Positions 13,923-26,599 of a DNA stretch of 64,000 bases are shown here, in pieces; within the stretch, counting starts at the first letter, position 1, and each line of letters begins with the position of its first letter. The notes beneath the pieces are model-generated. The model saw only the letters and a list, made by a program, of their open reading frames with translations, made no database searches and was not told where the DNA came from. A program made the translations under genes and the position numbers. The DNA is taken from contig CM035359.1 in the NCBI GenBank assembly GCA_020137815.1, positions 5,270,001-5,334,000 on the forward strand, read 5' to 3'. Source of the stretch: Hormiphora californensis. Its lineage: Eukaryota > Animalia > Ctenophora.

Positions 13923-14097
13923 TTTCTTCGCTGATGTGGGGTACTGGGTAGGGCCTAAATTAGATCGCCTAATGTAGAGATTACAAATCAGTTCATGGTG
14001 ACCCACACATGCTCACCCTTCACACAGACACCCCACACAAACATCCACTACTACCACACCCCTCCCCCTCCGCATCCCCCTCCCTTCCCAAACCCAG

Positions 14098-14915
14098 AAT
14101 CTCCATCTCCATCTCCATCTCCATCTCCATCTCCATCTCCATCTCCATCTCCATCTCCATCTCCATCTCCATCTCCATCTCCATCTCCATCTCCATCTCC
14201 ATCTCCATATTCCATCTCCATCTCCATCTCCATCTCCATCTCCATCTCCATCTCCATATTCCATCTCCCCCTCCCCCTCCCCCCTCCGCATCCCCCTCCC
14301 TTCCCAAACCCAGAATCTCCATCTCCATCTCTCCATCTCTCCATCTCTCCATCTCTCCATCTCTCCATCTCTCCATCTCTCTATCTCTCCATCTCTCCAT
14401 CTCTCCATCTCTCCATCTCTCCATCTCTCCATCTCTCCATCTCTCCATCTCTCCATCTCTCCATCTCTCTATCTCTCTATCTCTCCATCTCTCTATCTCT
14501 CCATCTCTCCATCTCTCCATCTCTCCATCTCTCCATCTCTCCATCTCTCCATCTCTCCATCTATCCATCTCTCCATCTCTCCATCTCTCCATCTCTCCAT
14601 CTCTCCATCTCTCTATCTCTCTATCTCTCCATCTCTCTATCTCTCCATCTCTCCATCTCTCCATCTCTCCATCTCTCCATCTCTCCAGCTCTCCATCTCT
14701 CCATCTCTCCATCTCTCCATCTCTCCATCTCTCCATCTCTCCATCTCTCCATCTCTCCATCTCTCCATCTCTCCATCTCTCCATCTCTCCATCTCTCCAT
14801 CTCTCCATCTCCATAGTCCATCTCCATCTCTCCATCTCCATAGTCCATCTCCATCTCCATCTCTCTATCTCCATAGTCCATCTCCATCTCCATCTCTCCA
14901 TCTCTCTATCTCTTC
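14098..14915. repeat. Compound microsatellite (CCATCT)n / (CCATCTCT)n
   Basis: Hexamer then octamer runs; similar tract resumes at ~19110-19410 on the other side of the foldback element. Confidence 0.95.
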
Positions 14916-14925
14916 ATATCCATTA

Positions 14926-17900
14926 GGGGGTGCTATTTTGGGGAGGTTTTTTGTTTCAACAGATATTCCAAAAGTCTTGACGGATCATGGTAGGGTAGGC
15001 CCTAATTAGCATGTGTACGAAAGATGAAGGTCTAGATCTCTGTGAACACCACGGCCCGAGGGTTTTTGTAGTTACGGAAAAAGTTTAGAAATTAACCCCT
15101 AAAAACGACTGTTCCCGATATCTTAGAGCTCTAAAACTTTGCAGTTCGGCTTTACATGATAAAACACAAAGTTGGTCAAAATTTCAGACCTTTAGCTCAA
15201 AATACATTTTCATGACCGGAATGAACTTTGTTCATTCTCTCAATCAGGTGGCCATTTGACTTCAGAATTTAATTAGAAATGTTTGGCAATCGATTATCTG
15301 CTAAATGCGACCAACGAGAGCCGAAACGGACTACCACAAGACTCACGGTGATCTGATCTCCAAAGCCAGTCAGGACATTCATAATCCTCGCCAAATATGG
15401 CCTAGTTTTGCACGCTTGCCGACATCGGATAGGTCTAAAATTTGGTAGAGTGGCTCTACACAATGTGTAAGTGAGATTCGCAAAGTTTCAGGCTTAAAGC
15501 TCAAAATTCATTTTTATGACTGGAATGAACGTTGTTCATTCTCTCAATCAGGAGGTCATTTGACTCCAGAACTTCAATAAATATGCTTGGCAATCAATAA
15601 AATGTCAAATGGGATCGGATCACATTGAAGAATCTGACCCAGCACCCGATGGATCAGATCACATTACAGGGATCTAATCCACCAGCACATGGATCAGATC
15701 ACATTATAGAAATCTGGTCCACCAGCCCATGGATCAGATCACATTTTAGGGATCTGGTCCACCAACCTATGGATCAGATCACATAACAGGGATCTTATCC
15801 ATCACCCCATGGATCAGATCAAATTAAAGGGAGCTGATCCACCAGCACATGGATCAGGTCTCATTTTAGGGATCTGATCCACCAGCACATGGATCAGATC
15901 ACATTATAGAAATCTGGTCCACCAGCCCATGGATCAGATCACATTATAAAGATCTGGTCCACCACCCATGGATCAGATCACATTTTAAGGATCTGGTCCA
16001 CCAACCCATGGATCAGATCACATAACAGGGATCTTATCCATCACCCCATGGATCAGATCAAATTAAAGGGAGCTGATCCACCAGCACATGGATCAGGTCT
16101 CATTTTAGGGATCTGATCCACCAGCACATGGATCAGATCACATTATAGAAATCTGGTCCACCAGCCCATGGATCAGATCACATTATAAAGATCTGGTCCA
16201 CCACCCATGGATCAGATCACATTTTAAGGATCTGGTCCACCAACCCATGGATCAGATCACATAACAGGGATCTTATCCATCACCCCATGGATCAGATCAA
16301 ATTAAAAGGAGCTGATCCACCACCCCATGGATCAGATCACATTGTAGGGATCTGACTCAGCACCCGATGGATTAGATCACATTACAGGGATCTAATCCAC
16401 CAGCACATGGATCAGATCACATTATAAGGATCTGGTCCACCACCCATGGATCAGATCACATTTTAGGGATCTGGTCCACCAACCCATGGATCAGATCACA
16501 TAACAGGGATCTTATCCACCAACCCATGGATCAGATCACATAACAGGGATCTTATCCATCACCCCATGGATCAGATCACATTGTAGGGATCTGATCCACC
16601 ACCCTATGGATCAGATCACATTGTAGGGATCTGATCCACCAACCCATGGATCAGATCTCATTTTAGAGATCTGATCTACCAGCACATGGATCAGATCACA
16701 TTATAGAAATCTGGTCCACCAGCCCATGGATCAGATCACATTATAAAGATCTGGTCCACCACCCATGGATCAGATCACATTTTAAGGATCTGGTCCACCA
16801 ACCCATGGATCAGATCACATAACAGGGATCTTATCCATCACCCCATGGATCAGATCAAATTAAAAGGAGCTGATCCACCACCCCATGGATCAGATCACAT
16901 TGTAGGGATCTGACTCAGCACCCGATGGATTAGATCACATTACAGGGATCTAATCCACCAGCACATGGATCAGATCACATTATAAGGATCTGGTCCACCA
17001 CCCATGGATCAGATCACATTTTAGGGATCTGGTCCACCAACCCATGGATCAGATCACATAACAGGGATCTTATCCATCACCCCATGGATCAGATCAAATT
17101 AAAGGGAGCTGATCCACCACCCCATGGATCAGATCACATTATAGGGATCTGATCCACCACCGTATGGATCAGATCTCATTTTAGAGATCTGATCCACCTG
17201 CACATGGATCAGATCACATTATTAGGATCTGGTCCACCACCCATGGATCAGATCACATTTTAGGGATCTGGTCCACCAACCCATGGATCAGATCACATAA
17301 CAGGGATCTTATCCATCACCCCATGGATCAGATCACATTGTAGGGATCTGATCCACCACCCTATGGATCAGATCACATTGTAGGGATATGATCCACCATC
17401 CCATGGATCAGATCTCATTTTAGAGATCTGATCTACCAGCACATGGATCAGATCTCATTTTAGGGATCTGATCCACCAGCACATGGATCAGATCACATTA
17501 TAGAAATCTGGTCCACCAGCCCATGAATCAGATCATATTATAGGGATCTGATTCACTACCCTATGGATCAGATAATGTGATGTGATTCATGGGGTGGTGG
17601 ATCAGCTCTCTATAATGTGATCTGATCCATGGGGTGGTGGATCAGCTCCCTATAATGTCATTTTATCCATGGGCTAGTGAATCAGATCCCTTATAATGTG
17701 ATCTGATCCATGGGATGGTGGATCAGATATCTATAATGTGATCTGATCCATGGGTGGTAGATCAGTTCCCTAAAATGAGATCTGATCCATACGGTGGTGG
17801 ATCAGATCCCTACAATGTGATCTGATCCAAGGGTAGTAGATCAGATCTCTAAAATGAGATCTGATCCATACGGTCGGTGATCAGCTCCCTTTAATTTGAT

Positions 17901-19104
17901 CTGATCCATGGGGTGATGGATAAGATCCCTGTTATGTGATCTGATCCATGGGTTGGTGGACCAGATCCCTAAAGTGTGATCTCATTTTAGGGATCTGATC
18001 TTGGTGGACCAGATCCCTAAAATATGATCTGATCCATGGGTGGTGGACCAGATCTTTATAACGTGATCTGATCCATGGGCTGGTGGACCAGATTTCTATA
18101 ATGTGATATGATCCATTTGCTGGTGGATCAGATCCCTAAAATGAGATCTGATCCATACGGTGGTGGATAAGATCCCTACAATGTGATCTGATCTATGGGG
18201 TGGTGGATCAGCTCCCTTTAATTTGATCTGATCCATGGGGTGATGGATAAGATCCCTGTTATGTGATCTGATCCATGGGTTGGTGGACCAGATCCCTAAA
18301 ATGTGATCTGATCCATGGGCTGGTGGACCAGATTTCTATAATGTGATCTGATCCATGTGCTGGTGGATCAGATCCCTATAATGTGATCTGATCCATCAGG
18401 TGCTGGGTCAGATTCTCCAATGTGATCCCATTTGATAGTTTATTGATTGCCAAACACATTTATTGAAATTCTGGAGTCAAATGACCTCCTGATTGAGAGA
18501 ATGAACAAAGTTCATTCCAGTCATAAAAATGAATTTTGAGCTTTAAGCCTGAAACTTTGCGAATCTCACTTACACATTGTGTAGAGCCACTCTACCAAAT
18601 TTTAGACCTATCCGATGTCGGCAAGCGTGCAAAACTAGGCCATATTTGGCGAGGATTATGAATGTCCTGACTGGCTTTGGAGATCAGATCACCGTGAGTC
18701 TTGTGGTAGTCCGTTTCGGCTCTCGTTGGTCGCATTTAGCAGATAATCGATTGCCAAACATTTCTAATTAAATTCTGAAGTCAAATGGCCTCCTGATTGA
18801 GAGAATGAACAAAGTTCATTCCGGTCATGAAAATGAATTTTGAGCTAAAGGTCTGAAATTTTGACCAACTTTGTGTTTTATCATGTAAAGCCGATCTGCA
18901 AAGTTTTAGAGCTCTAAGATATCGGGAACAGTCGTTTTTAGGGGTTAATTTCTAAACTTTTTCTTATCTACAAAAACCCCCGGGCCGTGGTGTTTACAGA
19001 GATCTAGACCTTCCCCTTTCGTACACTTGCTTTTTAGGGCCTACACTACCAGAATCCGTCGTGAATTTTGGATTTCAGTGATATAAATTTCAAAATGCAC
19101 CCCC
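14926..19104. mobile_element. 4.2-kb foldback element: ~700-bp arms enclosing a 40-bp tandem array whose orientation flips
   Basis: TA|GGGGGTGC...GCACCCCC|TA; arms ~14926-15620 / 18425-19104; unit ATGGATCAGATCACATTATAGGGATCTGATCCACCACCCC forward to ~17575, reversed after ~17585. Confidence 0.9.
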
Positions 19105-19914
19105 TAGTATCCATCTCTCCATCTCCATGCAAAACGCACATTCATGACTAGAGACAGATAAACGTAATTGAAGCGAAGAAAAGAAATGGTAGTTGGGTGG
19201 CGCCCTTGTTGGGACAGCTCTGCTTCCCAGCTGTTCGACACAGGGAGGACTCTCTCCATCTTTCCATCTCTCCATCTCTCCATCCCTTAATCTCTCAATC
19301 TCTCTATCTCTCTATCTCTCTATCTCTCCATCCCTTAATCTTTCAATCTCTCTATCTCTCTATCTCTCCATCTCTCCATCTCTCTATCTCTTCATATCCA
19401 TCTCTCCATCTCCATGCAAAACGCACATTCATGACTAGAGATAGATAAACGTAATTGAAGCGAAGAAAAGAAATGGTAGTTGGGTGGCGCCCTTGTTGGG
19501 ACAGCTCTGCTTCCCAGCTGTTCGACACAGGGAGGACTCATGAAGAAAAGAAAGCCAATTAGACATAAATGGGTGATTCAAAGATGACGTCCACTGTCCA
19601 GGAGTAGGGGAGGGGCCACTGGCCAGGGGGAGGTAGCCGGCGGACCTTACCTGGAGTTATGAGTAAAGTCAAAGCTATAATTTTAGTGAATATCCTCAAG
19701 CTCCTCCATCATGATAGTAAACACCTCCAACTGCTTCTGGGATTGTAGTTTTACTAATTTATCCTGTTTTTTCATTTTTACAAACATCCTAAATGGAAAG
19801 GGTGGCTTTCACATCGGTAAGCGGTAAATGTTAGGCCCTAACTTGGTATAGGGCGTTCTGGTACATTTGAATATGAATATGAATATGAACTTCAAAATTT
19901 ATAGCAAGTCAATA

Positions 19915-20086
19915 CAGTCGGACCCCGATTTACCGGGCCCCGATTTACCGGAACCCCGATTTACCGGGAGGATAATCTTCCCCCAAAATAGGAAATTAAC
20001 AGTATTTGACCCCGATATACCGGGCACCCCGATTTACCGGGCAAAACCCTTTCCCCCGAGTATCCCGGTAAACCGGGGTCCGACTG
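19915..20086. mobile_element. MITE, CAGTCGGACCCCGAT family (Tc1/pogo-like), TA TSD
   Basis: TA|CAGTCGGACCCCG...CGGGGTCCGACTG|TA; other copies at 30221-30316, ~42115-42144 (right end only), 55305-55461 and 56473-56619. Confidence 0.88.
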
Positions 20087-20904
20087 TATAAGAAAATATA
20101 TGACTCTCCCGCTCTTACACTATACGTATAAAATATAGTTAAAAATTAAGTACATTAATATACGCTTCTAGGCCGAGGCTAATAGCACAACAGCAGTTAC
20201 CTAAAGCGGGACAAACACACACAGACGAACCAATGAGACGGGTAACAATGAGCTGAGAGCTAAACGGACAGATAGATTTAACCAGGTTTAATAAATTACT
20301 AAAATCGAAAAGAAAAAGGCGAATAAGTTAGTTAAAAATACGGTAGTTACAAAACACCACCACACACACACACACCCACACACACACAGAACTCACACTC
20401 AAACTCACATCACACTCACACTCACACTCACACTCACACTTATACCCCAACACCCAAAAAATAAAGACATACACAAAACACAAATAAGTTAAGTTAAATA
20501 AGTTAATTAAAAAATGGTCATCTCATAAGAGAACACAAAGGTGCACACACAAACGGACACAGCATACCTAGACTACTTGGAAACAGTAAATCATGTTCAG
20601 CACACATCGTTTACATAAAAATAGTAAGATTGTCATTGATAAACACGTACTTATCATCACTTTCGAAGTGTTCATTTACAGTCTGCAGGAATAACTGCAC
20701 TTTCAGCCGTTTTCGTAACGGTACACGTTTCTTGTAACTTTTTTCTCCTGGCCCATACTCGGCCAATTCTCGACTACCCTCAGACTCTACTCCATATCTC
20801 AGTTGCCAAGATCCTACTAACCCATACACCCACCACACACAAACGAACAAGAATACGCACTCAAAAAACCCTAGCTCTGAACAATATGTGGAGGACGTCT
20901 CTCC

Positions 20905-21615
20905 TAACTCGGGATGGTGGTGAAATAGGACGGATGGTGGAGGATAGGAGTGATGGTAGTGTCTAGGACAGCTGATAGAGGATAGGAACAGGATGATGGA
21001 GGATAGGATGGATGGTGGAGGATAGGAAGGATGGTGGGGGATTGGACGGATGGTGGGGGATTGGACGGATGATGGAGGATGGGAGAGATGGTGGAGGATA
21101 GGACGGGTGGTGGAAAGTTTGACGAAAGATGGAGGATAGGACGGATGGTCGAGGATAGGACGAATGGTGAAAGGATGCGACAGATGGTGGTGGAGGATAT
21201 TCCAGATCATGGTGGATGATAGGACGGATGGTGGAGGATAGGACGGATGGTGGAGGATGGGACGGATGGTGGAGGATAGGACGGATGGTGAAGGATAGGA
21301 CGGATGGTGGAGGATAGGACGGATGGTGGAGGAAAGGACGAAAGGTGGAGACTGGGACAGATGGTGGAGGATAGGACGAATGGTGGAGGATAGGACGAAT
21401 GGTTGAGGATAGGACGGATGGTGAAGGATAGGATGGATAGGATGGTGGAGGATAGAGCATATAGCATATGGTGGAGGATAGGACGAAAGGTGGAGGATAG
21501 GACGGATGGTGGAGGAAAGGACGGATGGTGGAGGATAGGACAGATGGTGGAGGATAGGACGAAAAGTGGAGGATAGGATGGATGGTGGAGGATATGATGA
21601 GTGGTTGAGGATAGA
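20905..21615. repeat. 19-bp minisatellite GGATGGTGGAGGATAGGAC
   Basis: About 35 degenerate tandem copies. Confidence 0.9.
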
Positions 21616-21725
21616 ATCTATGAAAGGATTCAGAGGTCAGGATTCAGGAGGTCAGAGGAAATCGAAAGATCATTCAGGTTACGATCATACTAGGTATTGT
21701 ATGTATGATATCATAGGAACGGAAG

Positions 21726-22480
21726 TTAGCCATAGGCAATGTTGAACAGGTGAGTCTTCAGTGATTTCTTGAATGTTGCTACAGACTCTGATTTCCTGAT
21801 TAATTTTGGAAGTCTGTTCCAGAGTTTAGGTGCAGCAATGCTAAATGCTTTCTCAGTAACCTTGTACTTGCAGTGGTACTCCTCTAATCTTGTGTCATCG
21901 TCATCTACTCTGAGTTTCTTGGACTTCGCCTGCCTCTTCTGGATCATCTCAGTGATGTAGCATGGAGATTTACCATTAAGTGCATTGTATACCATTAGGC
22001 ACATTTTGTACTTGATGCGTTGGTTGATTGGAAGGAAGTGGGATTTCTTTCTCAATTCGGTTACACCTCTTCTGCTGCGCTGACCGTATATAAATCGTGT
22101 GGCCGCGTTTTGGAGTACTTGGAGACGTTTTATATCGGATTCCTTCGAACCAAGGAGTAGGGCATTACAGTAATCGATCCTGGAGTGTATCAGGGTGTTG
22201 ACAAGAAGAGTCTTCTGGTTCTTGTTTAGCTTACTAGCTATCCTCCACATGTTTACCAACTGTAGATTGCCCATCTGGACTATCCGTGTTACATGCTTGG
22301 TCATGTTTAGCTCTTTATCAAATATTACTCCCAGGTTCTTGGCTACTTCAGTTACAACTGTATCCTCATCTTCTGTTATGGCGACTGTATCAGGAGCTTC
22401 CGATTTATCCCATTTGTTTAATATGGTAAACCTCAACCCAACCCAATCGACAACCGGCCTAACAGAGGTCAGGGACATAC
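21726..22480 (-). mobile_element. 3' fragment of a CR1/L2-group LINE ORF2
   Basis: AKNLGVIFD...HSRIDYCN...LQVLQNAATR...HFLPINQRIKYK...AFSIAAPKLWNRLP...FKKSLKTHLF*. Confidence 0.88.
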
Positions 22481-22498
22481 AAAAGATAGAGAGGGAGG

Positions 22499-22566
<68 letters not shown>

Positions 22567-22855
22567 GAGAGACAGAGAGAGAGACAGAGAGAGAGAGACA
22601 GAGAGAGACAGAGAGAGGTCATTGGTCAAGCACGAGATCAAGCACGAGGTCGAGCACGAGGTCGAGCACAAGGTCAGCACAAGGTCTGGACACGGTCGTG
22701 GAGAAGGTCTGCGATGAAATGAACAGATTCCAGACATTTTAATCTATTTCTCAAACTCGCGCGGCTCATCAATGTGACTTACCTGATTTTGATTTGCGCG
22801 TGACTGTGCACTACCTGTGTTCTCGACCTGTGCACTACCTGAACATTTCCGAGTA

Positions 22856-23077
22856 AAGTCGGATTTTTTGAAACTGTCACCCCCCTGGGTATTTTCAAAT
22901 TTCGTAAATGACCATAAATCCGGTTCCTGACGAGATAGAGACTTGAAATTTGGAGGTTACGAAGATCTTGCTAAGTTCTTCCGAACCTCCAAATTTCAAG
23001 TCTCTATCTTATCAGGAACCGGAGATATGGCAAATTTTGTTATTTGAGGGGGGTGACAGTTTCAAAAAATCCGACTT
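22856..23077. mobile_element. MITE, AAGTCGG family, nested in a GGTCGAGCAC-repeat element
   Basis: GAG-TA|AAGTCGG...CCGACTT|TA-TGCTC; the related copy at ~10960 shows the empty site. Near-identical inverted copy at 23784-24004. Confidence 0.88.
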
Positions 23078-23339
23078 TATGCTCATGACTTGAACATTTC
23101 CGAGGGGCCTCATTCAAATTTAAAATTTAACACTGCTATGCGCGCATAATTTCTATTTGTGCGCGCAGTGTTAAATTTTAGATTTCGCGCGCCACGTTTT
23201 GGGTGGTGCAGCACCGTTATTTTTTACGGCGAAAAAAATAAAAAGTTCTTATCTTGGAAGATTTTCTGACAAAATAATCACACCTGAACAGCGCTACCTT
23301 ATAAACTTCATAAACTTCATAAATAACTTCAATGAAAAA

Positions 23340-25055
23340 CACAAGGTGTCAGTGTCCTTTAACACATCCCCCTCTCGGCTCTCACTTCCAGCACCCAATC
23401 CAGGATTGAATTAGTGTTCTGAGTAGGATACCCAGTCACGGGCGGACAGTCCGGGAACTGGTCGAGCCATCGTCCCAGCAGAATCTTGAACTGATCCAGG
23501 TCATCTGCTGTGTTAACCTTCTTAGGCAATGTATTCCATAGCCTCGCAGCTTTAACAGCGAAGGAGTCGAAGAACTTAGTTTTTACTGTCCCTCTGGCAC
23601 CGCTGAATAGAGATGGTACTTCAGCTTTAACTCCTGTCCTATCATTCATGTAGAATCGTGTGTTGGTACTGTTGGGTGTGGTGGGAGAAATGGCTCACCC
23701 TAGAACAATTGCAAAAATGCATAATAACCTGTAAATCACTTGTAATTCGAAGTTCAAACTAGTTTTGAAACAGTTTTGAAATAAAGTCGGATTTTTTGAA
23801 ACTGTCACCCCCCTGAAATAACAAATTTGCCATATCTCCGGTTCCTGATAAGATAGAGACTTGAAATTTGGAGGTTCGGAAGAACTTAGCAAGATCTTCG
23901 TAACCTCCAAATTTCAAGTCTCTATCTCGTCAGGAACCGGATTTATGGTCATTTACGAAATTTGAAAATACCCAGGGGGGTGACAGTTTCAAAAAATCCG
24001 ACTTTAGTTTTGAAATTTTTTTAGAAAAATTTTAGTTTTGAATTAGCTTTTGAAATAGCTTTTGAATAGCTTTTGAAATAGCTTTTGAAATAGCTTTTGA
24101 AATAGCTTTTGAAATAGCTTTTGTCTTTTGAAATAGCTTTGGACGGGTGGTAGAAACGGCTCATGTGGCTCATCTGGCAGCTGCACGATCGTTATGAACA
24201 CAAGGACATTCATATAAAAGCGAAAACCAATGTACCCGACTAATTTTAATACGCCGAATCACGTGAGCAACTCTGGCAAGCGCTCAGATGTGAAGAAAGT
24301 GCCCTAATTTAGCATAATTGGGTGTAATTGACCGGACTTACAACTTTTCTCCTGAAAACGCTATAAGTTAATGTGAGGGCACTTTTCCGACTAACTTTGA
24401 TACGCTGAATCGCGTAAGCAACTTTTCCAAGCCCTAAGAGGCGGGGAAATTGCCCTAATTGAGTCTGATTAGGTCTAATTGACCATAATTGCTCAATTAG
24501 GACACTTTCTTCACCTCTGAGGGCTTGGAAAAGTTGTTTACGTGATTCAGCGTATCAAAATTAGTCGGGTACACTGGTTTTCGCTTTTATATGAATGTCC
24601 TTGTGTTCATAATGATCGTGCAGCTGCCAGATGAGCCACATGAGCCGTTTCTACCACCCGTCCAAAGCTATTTCAAAAGCTATTTCAAAAGCTATTTCAA
24701 AAGCTATTTCAAAAGCTATTTCAAAACTAAAATTTTTCTAAAAAAATTTCAAAACTATTTCAAAACTAGTTTGAACTTCGAATTACAAGTGATTTACAGG
24801 TTATTATGCATTTTTGCAATTGTTCTAGGGTGAGCCATTTCTCCCACCACAGTTGGGTGCAACTTCGTTATACATTTTCCACATGTGAATGATGGTGTAT
24901 CTCTCTCTTCTTCGTTGCAGAGACATAAGGTTCAGCTTTTTCAGGCGGTCCCAATAGCTGTACTGCTTCATATTATCGACCCGACGTGTAAATTTTCTTT
25001 GCACGCTTTCCAGTGACTGAATGTCAGAAATTTTTCTGGGGTTCCATAGGGGTCC
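23340..25055 (-). mobile_element. CR1-type LINE 3' fragment split by a DNA element
   Basis: 25055-24852 encodes PLWNP...LESVQRKFT...YWDRLKKLNLMSLQRRRERY...APN; it continues in frame beyond the insertion as STNTRFYMNDRTG...RLWNTLP...PDCPPVTGY...NSILDW. Confidence 0.85.
23677..24851. mobile_element. Foldback element with TGT...ACA ends and 6-bp TSD
   Basis: GTTGGG|TGTGGTGGGAGAAATGG...CCATTTCTCCCACCACA|GTTGGG; 12-bp internal repeats (AATAGCTTTTGA); nested MITE 23784-24004 in the left arm only. Confidence 0.88.
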
Positions 25056-25234
25056 CTAAAAAAGTTCAGTATTTACACAGCGTTTACACCAGTTAAGCCA
25101 TTTCAGTTTTTCCCACGGTAGCGTGGGAAAAAAATTTTGAAATCTGCGCTGTGATTGGCTTAAATTTTCCATCGTCAGAAATTTCAGCCAATCACAGCGC
25201 TCTGGTGTAAACGCTGTGTGTGAAGATCTCTGAC

Positions 25235-25780
25235 ATCCAGGACGTTTACGCAATCCAGCGGAAGTTCACCAAACGGATCAAGGGAATGACTGAATGTAAC
25301 TACTAGGAGTGTTTGAAAAAGCTGAATATTACTTCCCTTCAACGCCGCCGATAACGTTACAGCATCATAGTGATGTGGAAGATGGCAAACGGCAACGCAC
25401 CCAACAACATCGGCATCAGCTTTTATAACAACAACCCCCTCGGGGGAAAAGCGGAGGTCCCAACATGTCCCACAAACACACAGAAGTCAGTCGCGACGAA
25501 GTATCACAACTCGTTTATCTGTAGAGCGACTCGACTATAGAACACACTACCCAGGGTCCAGGGAAGTGAACTTAGCGGAAGACCTACCGTCGTTCAAGGT
25601 ACTACTAGGGGAATGGATGAAGAGATTTCCGGATCGCCCACCGGTTCTCGGATACCCAAAACAAAACAACAATTCAATCTTGGACTGGATACGGATCGTT
25701 TCCAGGGAGGGGGAGGCTCTGTGAGGAACTGACACCTGTGTAGTTTGTACACGAAGAAGATTACAAGATTACAAGATCAC
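25235..25780 (+). mobile_element. Degenerate CR1-type LINE 3' end
   Basis: AIQRKFTKRIKG...LKKLNITSLQRRR*RY...PDRPPVLGYPKQNNNSILDW with stops and a frameshift; short (AAGATTAC)n tail. Confidence 0.8.
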
Positions 25781-26599
25781 GGCCAGCGTTAAAATCTAGA
25801 TGTTTCGTGAGTGCTAACAAACGGTTTTTTAGGGTTTATCAGTTGCAGTTATCTGGTAGGAAATGTCAAGCCACAACCCCAACCCAAACCCAAACTCCAG
25901 CCCTAACCCTAACCCCACTTTAGCCCTAACCCTAAAAACCGGTAGTGCTGACACTCCAAACACCCAGATTTTAACGCTGGGAAGCACTTGCGGTTTTTTA
26001 GGGTTAGGGCTAAAGTAGGGTTAGGGTTGAGGTTTGAGTTGGGGTTAGGCCTTGACATTTCCCACCAGATAAACTTTGGATTAGCCAAAACGGTTGAGTG
26101 GTTTGGCGTTAGAGCCATTTTATTGCAGGGTGCTTTTTTGGCAGTAAGAACCTGTAAACAGGCCATCAACCATTCAGATCGTAATATTACATATAACAGC
26201 GCCCGTTTAATTCGCTCAAATTTGTCATGTGGTTGCGTGGCTATAGCCGTTTGAAATAGTTTGGTAAGGCCTTGTATTGCTCATACTCTCGGAGGTGATT
26301 CGAGACATACCCATGCGGTTTGCATTCGGAGTTTTGACATTATAATATAGTATGGTGGCGTTGGGAGGTATGGTGAGGTGGCGTTGGGAGGTATAGGTTG
26401 GAGAAATAAAAGAGGACAAAGTTATTTGCAAAGCTCAAACTTAAAAGTAAAACTAATACCACCATGATTCATACTACACCATAACAACAAATTGATTGTC
26501 TTCCATTCTAAAGAACGTTAGTATTGTCGACCACTAGCTCTTGGAGTACCCTTTTAGCCACCTGTTGAACAGTCTATATTATACCAGCTGATAGATGAG

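Noticed and set aside
13995-14926. Long ORFs on both strands (also 20611-21467, 28877-29521, 33178-33759)
   Set aside because: Translations of stop-free micro- and minisatellites.
15620-18425. CRISPR-like array (constant ATGGATCAGATC with variable intervening sequence)
   Set aside because: The intervening parts are variants of one another, the array sits in a TIR element in eukaryotic DNA, and there are no cas genes; it is a tandem repeat.
20611-20780. KYVFINDNLT fragment resembling a LINE ORF1 or Penelope endonuclease C-terminus
   Set aside because: Too short and without supporting flanking motifs.
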